34,473 bases of DNA from IMG/VR virus record IMGVR_UViG_3300044612_000089, positions 1 to 34,473 of that record. One strand, given 5' to 3'. This stretch comes from a virus. Lineage: Duplodnaviria; Caudoviricetes. Below, in pieces: positions 23,524 to 32,430 of the stretch. Made by a program: the position numbers and the translations under genes. The notes beneath the pieces were generated by a model. It did no database searches. It had not been told where the DNA came from and saw nothing but the letters and a program-made list of their open reading frames with translations. The number at the start of each line of letters is the position of its first letter. Position 1 is the first letter of the stretch.

Positions 23524-24849
23524 TTAACCGCCTTGCTGTTTTTTAAGCCATTGCTGGTAACGATCTTCTTTAGCAGGTTCATATTTGAATGGAGATGTTT
23601 CAATTTGTTGTTTTGGTACAACTGGTGCAGGTATTGGTGCAGTAATTTGATTTGCCGCACGACCAGAAGCAATTTCAGCAGATTTAAGCAAGTTAGTAAG
23701 ACGCTCTTGCTTTGTTTTAACTGTTGCTGCGCTATCACCCAATTGTGGGAAATAAGACTTTTTGTAACCCTCTAACTGTTCACGGGTATATGCCGCACCA
23801 GTTCCCAATGTCAGAGCCGCATCAAGAATATCAGATTGTGCTGCCTCAACAATTTGACGTTGCTCGGTGTTAATCTTGTTTGGCAAGAATTCTGTGCGAG
23901 AAACAAAACGAGAAATTTCAGCCGCAGTATTGGGCATAGCCGCTTTAGGGTCAGCACCAATAGCTTGATTTAGTTGTCCAACGCTGAAGTTCAAACGGCT
24001 TGCTAAAGTAGCCGCCTTGCGCTCACCTTCAGTTGCCACATTAACATTAGTTACAGGGCGTTTTTGCTCTTGCAATCTAAGGTATGCAGCTTGTTCTGGC
24101 GGAGTCAACTTGCTAAAGTCTTGGAACTCTTTAATTGAACCAGAGGGTACGGCTTGTTTAGCCAATTCATAGGCTTGGAAAGTTCCTGTAAATCCTTGGC
24201 TTTTTGCTAAGTTGTATTCAGCAATTGAGGAGGGTACTGGCTCACGCTTTGGTGCGCCTTGAGCAACAGTTTCAACTTTGTTAGTAATTGGGTTAACACG
24301 AATAAGATTTGCACCTTCAGCCAATGTAGTGGTTTCACCACCCATAGCCTTCTGAGAAGCAATCAATTCAGTAAGTGCTTTGCGACCTTCTGGAGTTGCC
24401 ATCAATTTAGGTGCTAATGCTTCCAAACCAAGACCTGCTGCTTGTGGCATATTTGGCCCTGCAATCTCTTGACCCATCATATTAGTCAATGGTGTATCAG
24501 CAAATGTCTCAGGGCGATAGGCTTGTGAAATTAAGTTCTCAACACCTTGTTGACGCATTAAGGCTTGTTGCTCTAACTCTCTTTTCTTCTTCAATTCTTG
24601 AATCTGAGCATTTTGCAGTTGCTGTTGCAGACCACCTTGCATGGCAGTTCTGTAGGCTTGTTGACCTTGCTGAAGTCCCTCAATCACAGATGATGCACCT
24701 CTACCACCTTGGAACAGACGACCTGCTAATGCGTAGAGGGCTTGGGCTTGGGCATCGTCACGGCTACGCTTTATGTCTTCTGGAGACATACCCAAAAGAC
24801 CCATTGTGTCCTGACCGCTAGTGCCGAAAATATCTAATAATCCTGCCAT
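23524..24849 (-). CDS. DNA ejection/internal virion protein (P22 gp20-like position)
   Basis: MAGLLDIF.., Gln-rich helices, TGAAYTREQ..Y.K.YFPQLGDS motif. Confidence 0.65.
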   Translation of the reverse strand: MAGLLDIFGTSGQDTMGLLGMSPEDIKRSRDDAQAQALYALAGRLFQGGRGASSVIEGLQQGQQAYRTAMQGGLQQQLQNAQIQELKKKRELEQQALMRQQGVENLISQAYRPETFADTPLTNMMGQEIAGPNMPQAAGLGLEALAPKLMATPEGRKALTELIASQKAMGGETTTLAEGANLIRVNPITNKVETVAQGAPKREPVPSSIAEYNLAKSQGFTGTFQAYELAKQAVPSGSIKEFQDFSKLTPPEQAAYLRLQEQKRPVTNVNVATEGERKAATLASRLNFSVGQLNQAIGADPKAAMPNTAAEISRFVSRTEFLPNKINTEQRQIVEAAQSDILDAALTLGTGAAYTREQLEGYKKSYFPQLGDSAATVKTKQERLTNLLKSAEIASGRAANQITAPIPAPVVPKQQIETSPFKYEPAKEDRYQQWLKKQQGG

Positions 24850-24858
24850 GATTATTCC

Positions 24859-25674
24859 TTAACTCTTACCAAATAACTTGTTCCACCCACCACTTAGCCA
24901 GCCAGTATTGCTTTCAATACCACCCAACAAAGCAGCAGTTCCTAATAAATTTTGGAAGTTAGATGGCTGTTGAAAACTGGTCATTGTGTTTTGACGACCT
25001 AATGGGTTTCCATAAACACTAGACAAGAAGTTTGTCAGGTTCTGTTGTGGCTGAGTTTGCTCGTAGTTGAATCTAGCAATATCAGCTTGTTGTTGTTGGC
25101 CTGTGTAGCCTTCACGCATCTGACCTGCTTTAAGCATATTCTGAATGTCTTGGTAGTCAGCTTGAGCCATCTCAGGTGCAGCCATCGTAGCCGCTTGTTG
25201 GCGACCACGCTCTGCCTCGTAATTCTGATAAGCCAAACTTCCAGCAGTATCAGCCAAACTCTTAGCAAACTGACCACTAGCACGATCTTGCAATGTCTGC
25301 ATAGCACCACCGCCATAGCGACCAGCACGAGATGCCGCAGAACCTACATCACCTAATGTCTGCTCAAACCTAGACTGAGCCGCTTGTGCAGCAGGTTGAA
25401 ACGCACCCTGAAAGAATGGATTGCCTTGCAAGAAACCACCAGAGATAGTGTTTTGCAATTGACCTTGTGCAGACGAAAGCAAGGGATTACCCTGAGAAGC
25501 ACGAGCCTCTAAAGCCTGTATTCCAGTTTGAGTGGTTTCTGATGGGCTTACATAAGTCTGACCAGAATAGTACTGAGGGCCACCAGCTTGGTATAGCTTT
25601 TGTGCCTCAGTCAAACCATACGATAAGAATGGTTGAATTGTTGGGTCAATGTTGGATTTAGTTTCTACAGCCAT
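24859..25674 (-). CDS. Pilot/ejection protein (P22 gp7-like position)
   Basis: Gln/Ala/Gly-rich; AGRYGGGA; YQNYEAERGRQ; hydrophobic C-terminus. Confidence 0.65.
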   Translation of the reverse strand: MAVETKSNIDPTIQPFLSYGLTEAQKLYQAGGPQYYSGQTYVSPSETTQTGIQALEARASQGNPLLSSAQGQLQNTISGGFLQGNPFFQGAFQPAAQAAQSRFEQTLGDVGSAASRAGRYGGGAMQTLQDRASGQFAKSLADTAGSLAYQNYEAERGRQQAATMAAPEMAQADYQDIQNMLKAGQMREGYTGQQQQADIARFNYEQTQPQQNLTNFLSSVYGNPLGRQNTMTSFQQPSNFQNLLGTAALLGGIESNTGWLSGGWNKLFGKS

Positions 25675-25693
25675 CTTTTACTCCTAGAGTTTC

Positions 25694-25730
25694 GGATTCC
25701 AAGATGGGTCATCCATAGAATCCATTATAA
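25694..25730 (-). promoter_or_regulatory. TATAAT promoter plus leader hairpin ahead of the ejection genes
   Basis: Minus strand TATAAT-GGATTC..TGG-ATGAC-CCA..GAATCC, then AGGAG RBS. Confidence 0.45.
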
Positions 25731-25738
25731 ATTGAAAG

Positions 25739-26530
25739 TTAACCAATAACAACATATTTGTAAGTCTTATTGGCGGTTGAATTTGCAAAATGCGTGATCG
25801 TAGCTGTTCCCTGTCCTTGGCTACTAACGTAAACACCATTAAAAGTAGCACTTCCAGAGCCACCCACTAAATTCATAGTAGCTATGGCTGATGGCACAGC
25901 AGGTCTGGTTGGACTTGTGCTTGTATCGAAATGCTCAATAGATACACCAACGTCAGCAGTTCTCCAGACAATCTCAACGTAATCATTAGCAGCCATGTCA
26001 ACAAAGAAATTCAATGCAGCAATCATATGGCTAGGGTCACCTGAACTTTTCCTTGCAGGAGGGTGAAATCTACTGTTTGAGTTTGCGATATTTGTTCCAT
26101 TCTTGCGAAACCAAACATCAACGTCATGTCCATCGTTTGTGGTGTTCTTAAACTGAATGGAAAACTGTAAATTGTAAAGTCCTGCGTTTGCAACATTTAG
26201 TCTTGAACTATTTGATAACGTAACTCCATTAGAGAAGTCAGTTGTATTAAACGTAATAGGATAAGCAACAGTCGTACTAGCAGCAGTCTGGTCTGTAGAG
26301 TCCTGAAAAGCCCCATAGGGAATAGAATCAGCAAAGGCAGCAGCAGAGGTAGGGACAAACAAAATAACGCTGTTTCCACCTATCCTAAGATCATTCAAAG
26401 TGGTAGTAGTAGCACCACCAGTAGCCAGAGTTATTGAGCCTGTGTTGTTAGTTTTGCCATCCATGATTCCACGGATAATCTCAGCAGTCTGTCGCTGATC
26501 TCCACCAAAAGGAGGAAGCGTTCTAAACAT
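25739..26530 (-). CDS. Tail/virion structural protein
   Basis: Thr/Ser-rich beta protein with an inner AGLYNLQFSIQF..VWFRKNG..DYVEIVW domain; in the tail module. Confidence 0.65.
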   Translation of the reverse strand: MFRTLPPFGGDQRQTAEIIRGIMDGKTNNTGSITLATGGATTTTLNDLRIGGNSVILFVPTSAAAFADSIPYGAFQDSTDQTAASTTVAYPITFNTTDFSNGVTLSNSSRLNVANAGLYNLQFSIQFKNTTNDGHDVDVWFRKNGTNIANSNSRFHPPARKSSGDPSHMIAALNFFVDMAANDYVEIVWRTADVGVSIEHFDTSTSPTRPAVPSAIATMNLVGGSGSATFNGVYVSSQGQGTATITHFANSTANKTYKYVVIG

Positions 26531-27975
26531 TATCGAACTCCCTGACCTTGAAGTTCAACATCCAAACCAACAGCAGTTTTCCATTGACCAGTAGGGATAA
26601 CTTGAAACTGGTGATAGTTACCATTAGACCTGAGAGATACCCTGTTTTCAGAATCAGCCGCTACAGCAGTACCAAAGCTAGGTTGCTCACTTAGAAGTGT
26701 CCTAGAAGCCACAGAAACAGTCGCAGAGCCTCCATCAACCAAAGGTCTAGCCAAAGTAACCACCGATCTACCACCAGCGTTTAGATCGCCAGTTACGATG
26801 TTGGCAGTAGCGTTAGCACCATTGTAGGTAACAACATAAGCACCACTCGTACCACCAAGGAAGTACTTACCACCCATGTAAAGGATAGAGTCCAAGCTAA
26901 CAGTCAAAGCATCAATACTATTAGAGATCGAATCTAAACCTTCAAGCGTAGTGGCAGAGGTAGAAGCATCAGAGATAAAGTCAGTCCCTGCATTACCATA
27001 AGTCCACTTCTTAGTGTTGAAGTTGTAAATGATGAGTTGACGCTGTGCAAATGTAGTCTTGAAGTTCCAGATAACTAACTTGCGAACAGGGTCAATAGCC
27101 GCTGACATTGAGTCAAAGCCACTTTCATCAGCATTTGAGAAGAACCAACGATCTACCTTCTCTGAGCCAATGGCAGTCACATTCTGACCATCGCACATAT
27201 AAAAGCCATCGTCTGACAAGAAAAAGGTTACACCCTGAACTTGTGCAATAGAACCTGCTGCGATACATCCCTTACCACGAGAGATATTGTCAAACTGGAA
27301 AATAAATGGAGTGCCGATATAACTCATGCGAGAGATACCTTTTTCCATCAAAACCAAACCAAACTCACCACCACGAATTCCAACAATCTGACCGCCATCA
27401 GGGATGTCTTGAAAGTCAGCTTGTGTTACTTGGCTAGAACCCCATGTAGTCTCATCATTGATTCCAGACCAACGAACACGAGCAGGGTAAACAGTAGAAC
27501 TCTCAGTCGTAAATGCAGTAACCACAAAGTCACGAACTACTGTCAAAAACTTACATATAGGTGCGCTTCCTGATAAGTCAGCAAATGCCGTAGAAGTACC
27601 CAAGGTGAAAGATTGAATCGGGTCACTATTGTTTGTCCCAATAATTGCGTTACCAAACTGAGTAAATCTAAATCTATCGTTACTAGCATTAGGTGTGTAG
27701 CCACCAGTTTTAGAAACATTGGTCAAAGCACCAACGCCAGAAACATCGAATATCTTGGTTGAGCCAGCAGCAAACAACTTAGTAGCATTTGTAGGGGTTT
27801 TCCCTGCTACCAATGTAGTCAAGTTTTCAGAAGCAGCCGCAGAGAATGTAGCCGCTGTTGGGAATGGGCCATAACCAATAGCCTGAGAGACTACGTTCTT
27901 TGCATCCACCAAAGCACCAGAGATGCTAGGCTGGTCAGGCATCCACTCACCAAATACTAATTTTGTCGTAGCCAT
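26530..27975 (-). CDS. Tail nozzle / packaged-DNA stabilisation protein (P22 gp10-like)
   Basis: FGEWMPDQP, RVRWSGIND, GCIAAGSI..FFLSDDGFY..IGSEKVDRWF; beta-propeller-like. Confidence 0.75.
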   Translation of the reverse strand: MATTKLVFGEWMPDQPSISGALVDAKNVVSQAIGYGPFPTAATFSAAASENLTTLVAGKTPTNATKLFAAGSTKIFDVSGVGALTNVSKTGGYTPNASNDRFRFTQFGNAIIGTNNSDPIQSFTLGTSTAFADLSGSAPICKFLTVVRDFVVTAFTTESSTVYPARVRWSGINDETTWGSSQVTQADFQDIPDGGQIVGIRGGEFGLVLMEKGISRMSYIGTPFIFQFDNISRGKGCIAAGSIAQVQGVTFFLSDDGFYMCDGQNVTAIGSEKVDRWFFSNADESGFDSMSAAIDPVRKLVIWNFKTTFAQRQLIIYNFNTKKWTYGNAGTDFISDASTSATTLEGLDSISNSIDALTVSLDSILYMGGKYFLGGTSGAYVVTYNGANATANIVTGDLNAGGRSVVTLARPLVDGGSATVSVASRTLLSEQPSFGTAVAADSENRVSLRSNGNYHQFQVIPTGQWKTAVGLDVELQGQGVR

Positions 27976-28847
27976 GTGTTACTTCCTTGAGCCTGAATTG
28001 TCCATGTATTGTCATTAGCAGACACAGGTGTCCATGTGTTTGAGTCACTTGAAACTGTTGTCCAAGTATTTGAATTTGTAGAAACTGGAGTCCAAGTGTT
28101 ATCGTCTTCTGGTACTGGTGTCCAGTTCTCACCAAGGATTACACCTTTTGCTGTGATCGTAGCCGTACCATTTACAGACGCTACTCCTGCGTAAATTGCG
28201 GAAGCAGAGGCCGTAAAATCTGCATTACAAGTAATACCTGCAATAGCATTTTGGACTCTGATTGCATCAGCAGTTACAGTTGCAGTTGCATCTATGATAC
28301 CAACAGCATCTCGAACACGAATTCCTGTAGCACTAACAGTTGCGCTACCAGTTATAGACGCTACGCCTTCAGCAACCACACCACCATTAGCTGTTACTGT
28401 TGCATTGCCAGTAATCGAGGCAACACCATCCTTAATGATGCCACCAACAGCAGTTACATCAGCGTTACCTGTGATACTTCCAGACGCAAACTGAACTCTT
28501 GTTCCATCCGCAGTAACTGTTGCATTAGCGTCAATAGCACCAGAGCCAAACTGAACCCTGATTGCATCACAAGAAACACTAGCTGAACCTTCAATGCTTG
28601 CACTAGCGAATTGAACCCTGACAGCATCAGCCGTAACTGTTGCCGTTCCATCTACCGCCCCACTACCAAACTGAACCCTTACCGCATCAGCCGTAACAGT
28701 CGCAGAAGCACTAACAGACCCATAGGCATCCCATAGGGTAACTGAAGTGGTGTAGAGTGGACTATCGAGTGTGAGTGTTAAGTCATCAATGCTAGACTTT
28801 AAATTGTCTAGCGAGTCAATTGTCCACGGAGGCAGTAAATCAGCCAT
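27957..28847 (-). CDS. Repetitive beta-rich virion protein
   Basis: About ten 19-aa repeats (VQFGSGAVDGTATVTADAV type) and six 10-aa NTWTPVS-type repeats. Confidence 0.75.
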   Translation of the reverse strand: MADLLPPWTIDSLDNLKSSIDDLTLTLDSPLYTTSVTLWDAYGSVSASATVTADAVRVQFGSGAVDGTATVTADAVRVQFASASIEGSASVSCDAIRVQFGSGAIDANATVTADGTRVQFASGSITGNADVTAVGGIIKDGVASITGNATVTANGGVVAEGVASITGSATVSATGIRVRDAVGIIDATATVTADAIRVQNAIAGITCNADFTASASAIYAGVASVNGTATITAKGVILGENWTPVPEDDNTWTPVSTNSNTWTTVSSDSNTWTPVSANDNTWTIQAQGSNTWLRQN

Positions 28848-28848
28848 C

Positions 28849-29235
28849 TCACGCTAAAGTAACGCTCAATGAACCAGAGGCAATGCGAAACACATCACCA
28901 GTAGCAATGGTCTTAGATGCGTCAAGTGCTGTGTGATACAGCAAGTTACCAGAAGTAGAAGCATCACGAATACCAATGTGTGTAACAGTACCCCATGAGC
29001 CACCAGCTTGAGGGAACTCAACAGCAGCAGAATTGGTAGTCGCACCATTGCTAGGCGCACCAAAAGTTACAGCCTGACGAGCATAGCTAGTACCAGATAC
29101 CTCAGTACCTGTGTCAGCATCTGTTGGGTCAGAGGTGTACAAAGCCACATACACAGTCGTTGGTGCTGTGTAGCTAGTTGCTCTCAAAGTTACATTGATG
29201 AGAGCATTTTCCAAGTAGTTTGACATTTCAGCCAT
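28849..29235 (-). CDS. Virion structural protein (tail-associated)
   Basis: MSNYLENALIN..VYVALYTSDP..EVSGTSYARQAV..WGTVTH..DASTSGNLL. Confidence 0.75.
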   Translation of the reverse strand: MAEMSNYLENALINVTLRATSYTAPTTVYVALYTSDPTDADTGTEVSGTSYARQAVTFGAPSNGATTNSAAVEFPQAGGSWGTVTHIGIRDASTSGNLLYHTALDASKTIATGDVFRIASGSLSVTLA

Positions 29236-29239
29236 AGTT

Positions 29240-29860
29240 TCACCTTGCAGTAAGTTTCATTGCCAATGGGACACCAGAGTATTGACCTTCTTCGTCAGAC
29301 TTGGTAAGGGAGGAGATCGCTCTGTCGTACATAGTTCCCCATGTATTGATTCGTGCGTCATTCATTAAATATGGTTCTGCCTCAATCAATGCAGCATAAA
29401 GTAAAGCATCAGGTGCGATATTTAAAAACACATTAGATGCGTTACTGCTTGACAGATATGGAGGGGCAGCAAAGTACAGCATCCTCAATGTGTAAACACC
29501 ATCAGGAGGAGGCGACAGTAAGAACTCATTAGCCAGAATTGTGTAAGACTTAGGAACACCAACTTCTGATGCTCTTGGGTCATTAGACAAAGCAGAGGGG
29601 CTAGAGTAACTCAATGGCTGAATTGGGTTTGTCAATGCGACAAAATCACGAATCTCTATAAAGTCACTAGGTAACTCAACAGTAGAGTCACCCGATACTG
29701 TAGCTGTTGTTACAGACTTGAGCATCTGACGAATACGCAGTTCTCTACGCAGACGATTCTCAGCAAATGTAATGAAGTCTGGAATCTGGTTAGTTAGATC
29801 AGACCTAGCCAGATAACCTGCAATCGAGGTCTTTAAATCAGAGTAAGTTGCGAAACTCAT
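29240..29860 (-). CDS. Head-tail adaptor protein
   Basis: TYSDLKTSIAGYLARSDLT..IPDFITFAE.RL.RELR..LPSDF..PDALLYAALIEAEPYL. Confidence 0.8.
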   Translation of the reverse strand: MSFATYSDLKTSIAGYLARSDLTNQIPDFITFAENRLRRELRIRQMLKSVTTATVSGDSTVELPSDFIEIRDFVALTNPIQPLSYSSPSALSNDPRASEVGVPKSYTILANEFLLSPPPDGVYTLRMLYFAAPPYLSSSNASNVFLNIAPDALLYAALIEAEPYLMNDARINTWGTMYDRAISSLTKSDEEGQYSGVPLAMKLTAR

Positions 29861-30162
29861 ACTACTCCTGTCCTAGTGCGCCATGCACGATTCATTGGGT
29901 CATTTAACCAAGCAGCAAAACGCTTGTCATCAAGGACAGCAAAGCCACGCATGATTCCAGCTTTATTCAGATCATCAATCACAGTCATTGGGATGGATGC
30001 GACCTTATTGCCAAACAAATTATCAGACCATCTTGCACGTTCATCAAAGGAGTTATATTCCTTTTTATTCTGCTCAACAATGTCTGAAACATCTTGGCGA
30101 GTTTGAATAACGATGCCACCTTCGCCATCGGCATGAACAGCAGTTTGTCTAATGTTTTCCAT
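29857..30162 (-). CDS. Small protein following the capsid gene
   Basis: QDVSDIVEQNK..KVASIP..WLNDP.N..WRT; ATGA overlap. Confidence 0.75.
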   Translation of the reverse strand: MENIRQTAVHADGEGGIVIQTRQDVSDIVEQNKKEYNSFDERARWSDNLFGNKVASIPMTVIDDLNKAGIMRGFAVLDDKRFAAWLNDPMNRAWRTRTGVV

Positions 30163-30187
30163 ACCTTAATTCTATCAGTTTGTGTAG

Positions 30188-30227
30188 AAAAGAAAATGCC
30201 CCAGAGGTTTAAGTCTGAGGCATTTTT
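30188..30227 (-). terminator. Rho-independent terminator after the major capsid gene
   Basis: AAAATGCCTCAGA-loop-TCTGGGGCATTTT then CTTTT. Confidence 0.8.
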
Positions 30228-30242
30228 CGGAGTTACCTTAGA

Positions 30243-31193
30243 TTAAGGTGTAATGTCAGCAATGATGCCGTGAGCAGCTTCGTTCTTAACTTCCAATGTG
30301 AACTCGCACAACAATTGTGTAGACTCATTGTCGCCAGTCACAGCCAACTCGTTGGTCTGGAATGGGCGCAAGTAAGCGATAGCAGCCATGTCGGGGTCAA
30401 GCACATATGCAACTTCATCGCAGGTGTTGGTAGAAGTCATAAAGCGGTTAGGCACAACAGAAACTGTACCGAAATCGCTCAAATAAACGTCAGCCGCACC
30501 AATGATGGTAGTAGGAGCATTTGATGGGGCCATGAAACGCTGTGCAGCGATACCAGCAAAGCCAGAAACCAATTGCTTGTGTGCAGGGTTGACCATCAAC
30601 ACTTTAGGATTGCCACCAGAAGCGTAAACTTCTTTGATAACAGTCTTCAAGATTGTTTCTGTGAAAGTGCGGTTTGTGCCGTTGGTACGAGCAGTAGTGC
30701 CCAAAGAACCTGCAACACCATCAGTACCACCATCATAGTTAGAAGACAACCATGCTTGCAGACCACCCAATTTACGAGCAGTAGAACTGTTGCCGTTAGC
30801 AGCAACTTGGTTGCTCAACAAAGAGGTTTCCATGTCACGCTTGATTTCGCTAGAAGCCTTGGCAAGTTGATAAGCCTTTTCAGACTTACGACCAGCTTTG
30901 TCAACGCTCTGCAAAGTGCCAGAAATCTTGATAGTCTTCTGTGCGATCTGAGTGCGGTTGCCAACACGGGTAGTTGGAGACATGGTAGCGTCAGATGCTG
31001 TTGCACCCTCGACTGTGAAGTTGTCCAAAGTAGCAGCAGCCAAGCTGTCAGTCTGCCACTCGTGCAGAACAGCAGTAGCCTTTGTCTTGCCAATGGAAGA
31101 CATAAAAGGGGTGTCTGTAGGGCTGATGTTATAGATAACGTCAGAGAGGTCTTCACGCATACCGATAGCGGTATAGGTTTGATATGTAGCCAT
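30243..31193 (-). CDS. Major capsid protein (DUF5309/SU10-like, HK97 fold)
   Basis: REDLSDVIYNISPTDTPF..HEWQTDSL..NRTQI..EIKRDME..SDFG..VPNRF..EFTLEVKNEAAHG. Confidence 0.93.
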   Translation of the reverse strand: MATYQTYTAIGMREDLSDVIYNISPTDTPFMSSIGKTKATAVLHEWQTDSLAAATLDNFTVEGATASDATMSPTTRVGNRTQIAQKTIKISGTLQSVDKAGRKSEKAYQLAKASSEIKRDMETSLLSNQVAANGNSSTARKLGGLQAWLSSNYDGGTDGVAGSLGTTARTNGTNRTFTETILKTVIKEVYASGGNPKVLMVNPAHKQLVSGFAGIAAQRFMAPSNAPTTIIGAADVYLSDFGTVSVVPNRFMTSTNTCDEVAYVLDPDMAAIAYLRPFQTNELAVTGDNESTQLLCEFTLEVKNEAAHGIIADITP

Positions 31194-31208
31194 TTTAAAA
31201 CTCCAAAA

Positions 31209-32129
31209 TTAAAAGAATCGTTCAAATGCTTTGGCAGCGTCTTGGACTTTTCCTGTCTCACGCAACCTTTGCATTGCCTGTTTGTCACTTGACGACTTAG
31301 TAGGAGGGGCAGAAGTTCCTGATCGCATCATCTTAGGAGCAGCTTGAAGTTTCTTGTTTACCTCTGGCTTGCTCTTTTGAAGTTGCTGATACTTCATCCC
31401 GTTATACAAAGTCACCACAGCACGACTGTCATATAGTTGACTGAGTTCTTGGTCTGACCACCCAATAGACTTCGCATAGTCACGGATTTGTTTCCGAACC
31501 GCATCACCCTGTGGAGTGGCTAACTCAGGAATCAAACTGGTTAACTTCTCAGACTCTTGACGGAGATGGTTTTGCAGAGAGGTCTGTTGCTCAGATTGTT
31601 GCTGTTGAGCAAGTCTTTGCTGTTCATTCCTAACTACTGCTAATTGCTTCTCTCGCTGACTCTGTTCAGCAACCGCCACGGCATAGCCAATGGGGTCTGT
31701 TTCCTTTAGAACATCTAAGTTAACACCCTGATTTTGCTGCGAAAGGAAGCTATCCAACGCTTGCAACTTCTGGGCATATGCTTGTCGCTCTTGTTTTACA
31801 TACTCTAAATGTTGACGTTCAGCTTCGAGAGCTTTACGTTGTTCAGCTAGAGCCTGAGACTTTTTAGTGTAATCTGCACCTTGTTGATAACCCTTAATGA
31901 GTTCGTCAAGTTCTACCTCAACTTCCTCACCACTTGCCTTGACTTTATATCTAGGCTTGGGTTCTTCTTCTTCAGAATATTCAACTTCATCAGTCTCTTG
32001 TTGGTCTTCTAGTTGACCTTCGGTTTGGCCTTCTTCGGCTTCCTCAGAATCACCCATCATCCCTTCAAACGCTGAAGCGGCTTGGTTTACATCTAGGCTT
32101 TCACTCCCTTGTGGGTTGGTGTTTTCCAT
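31209..32129 (-). CDS. Capsid scaffolding protein
   Basis: Acidic N-terminus, YKVK..GEEVEV..ELIKGY...DYTKKSQ, coiled coil, RLRETG.V.DAA; upstream of the MCP. Confidence 0.85.
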   Translation of the reverse strand: MENTNPQGSESLDVNQAASAFEGMMGDSEEAEEGQTEGQLEDQQETDEVEYSEEEEPKPRYKVKASGEEVEVELDELIKGYQQGADYTKKSQALAEQRKALEAERQHLEYVKQERQAYAQKLQALDSFLSQQNQGVNLDVLKETDPIGYAVAVAEQSQREKQLAVVRNEQQRLAQQQQSEQQTSLQNHLRQESEKLTSLIPELATPQGDAVRKQIRDYAKSIGWSDQELSQLYDSRAVVTLYNGMKYQQLQKSKPEVNKKLQAAPKMMRSGTSAPPTKSSSDKQAMQRLRETGKVQDAAKAFERFF

Positions 32130-32190
32130 TTGTCATCTCAAAAATCGCTAGAAACCTTCTAGACGGAGGTGTGGCTTTTATACCACAGAA

Positions 32191-32430
32191 TTACAAAATC
32201 TTCCACTTTTTCTCTTTGATTAGAGTTTCCGAGGCTAAGCCTTCTAGGTGTCCTGTAATCAATTCAATTGTCTTGATGTGTCTATAAGCATCTTCACGCT
32301 TATCAGATTCTTCACCACTTGTGTTAATTATTACACTAATCTGTTGTTTTTTCAAGTTATCTATGACTTCTATGAAAAAGTCATCATTAAGTAGGTTTCT
32401 GGCCCATTGCGCTGTTAGTTGTTTGTCCAT
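32191..32430 (-). CDS. Small head-module protein
   Basis: ARNLLNDDFF..KREDAY; between the portal region and the scaffold. Confidence 0.7.
   Translation of the reverse strand: MDKQLTAQWARNLLNDDFFIEVIDNLKKQQISVIINTSGEESDKREDAYRHIKTIELITGHLEGLASETLIKEKKWKIL

Noticed and set aside
27957-28720. CRISPR array or DGR template/variable repeats
   Set aside because: The repeats are degenerate, in-frame protein repeats with no spacers; no cas or reverse transcriptase gene and no adenine-specific repeat pair was seen.
30573-31292. 239-aa antisense ORF and 157-aa alternate-frame ORF over the capsid gene
   Set aside because: No motifs or RBS; explained by codon bias of a highly expressed gene, unlike the MTase beta and Rz1 overlaps, which carry diagnostic motifs.
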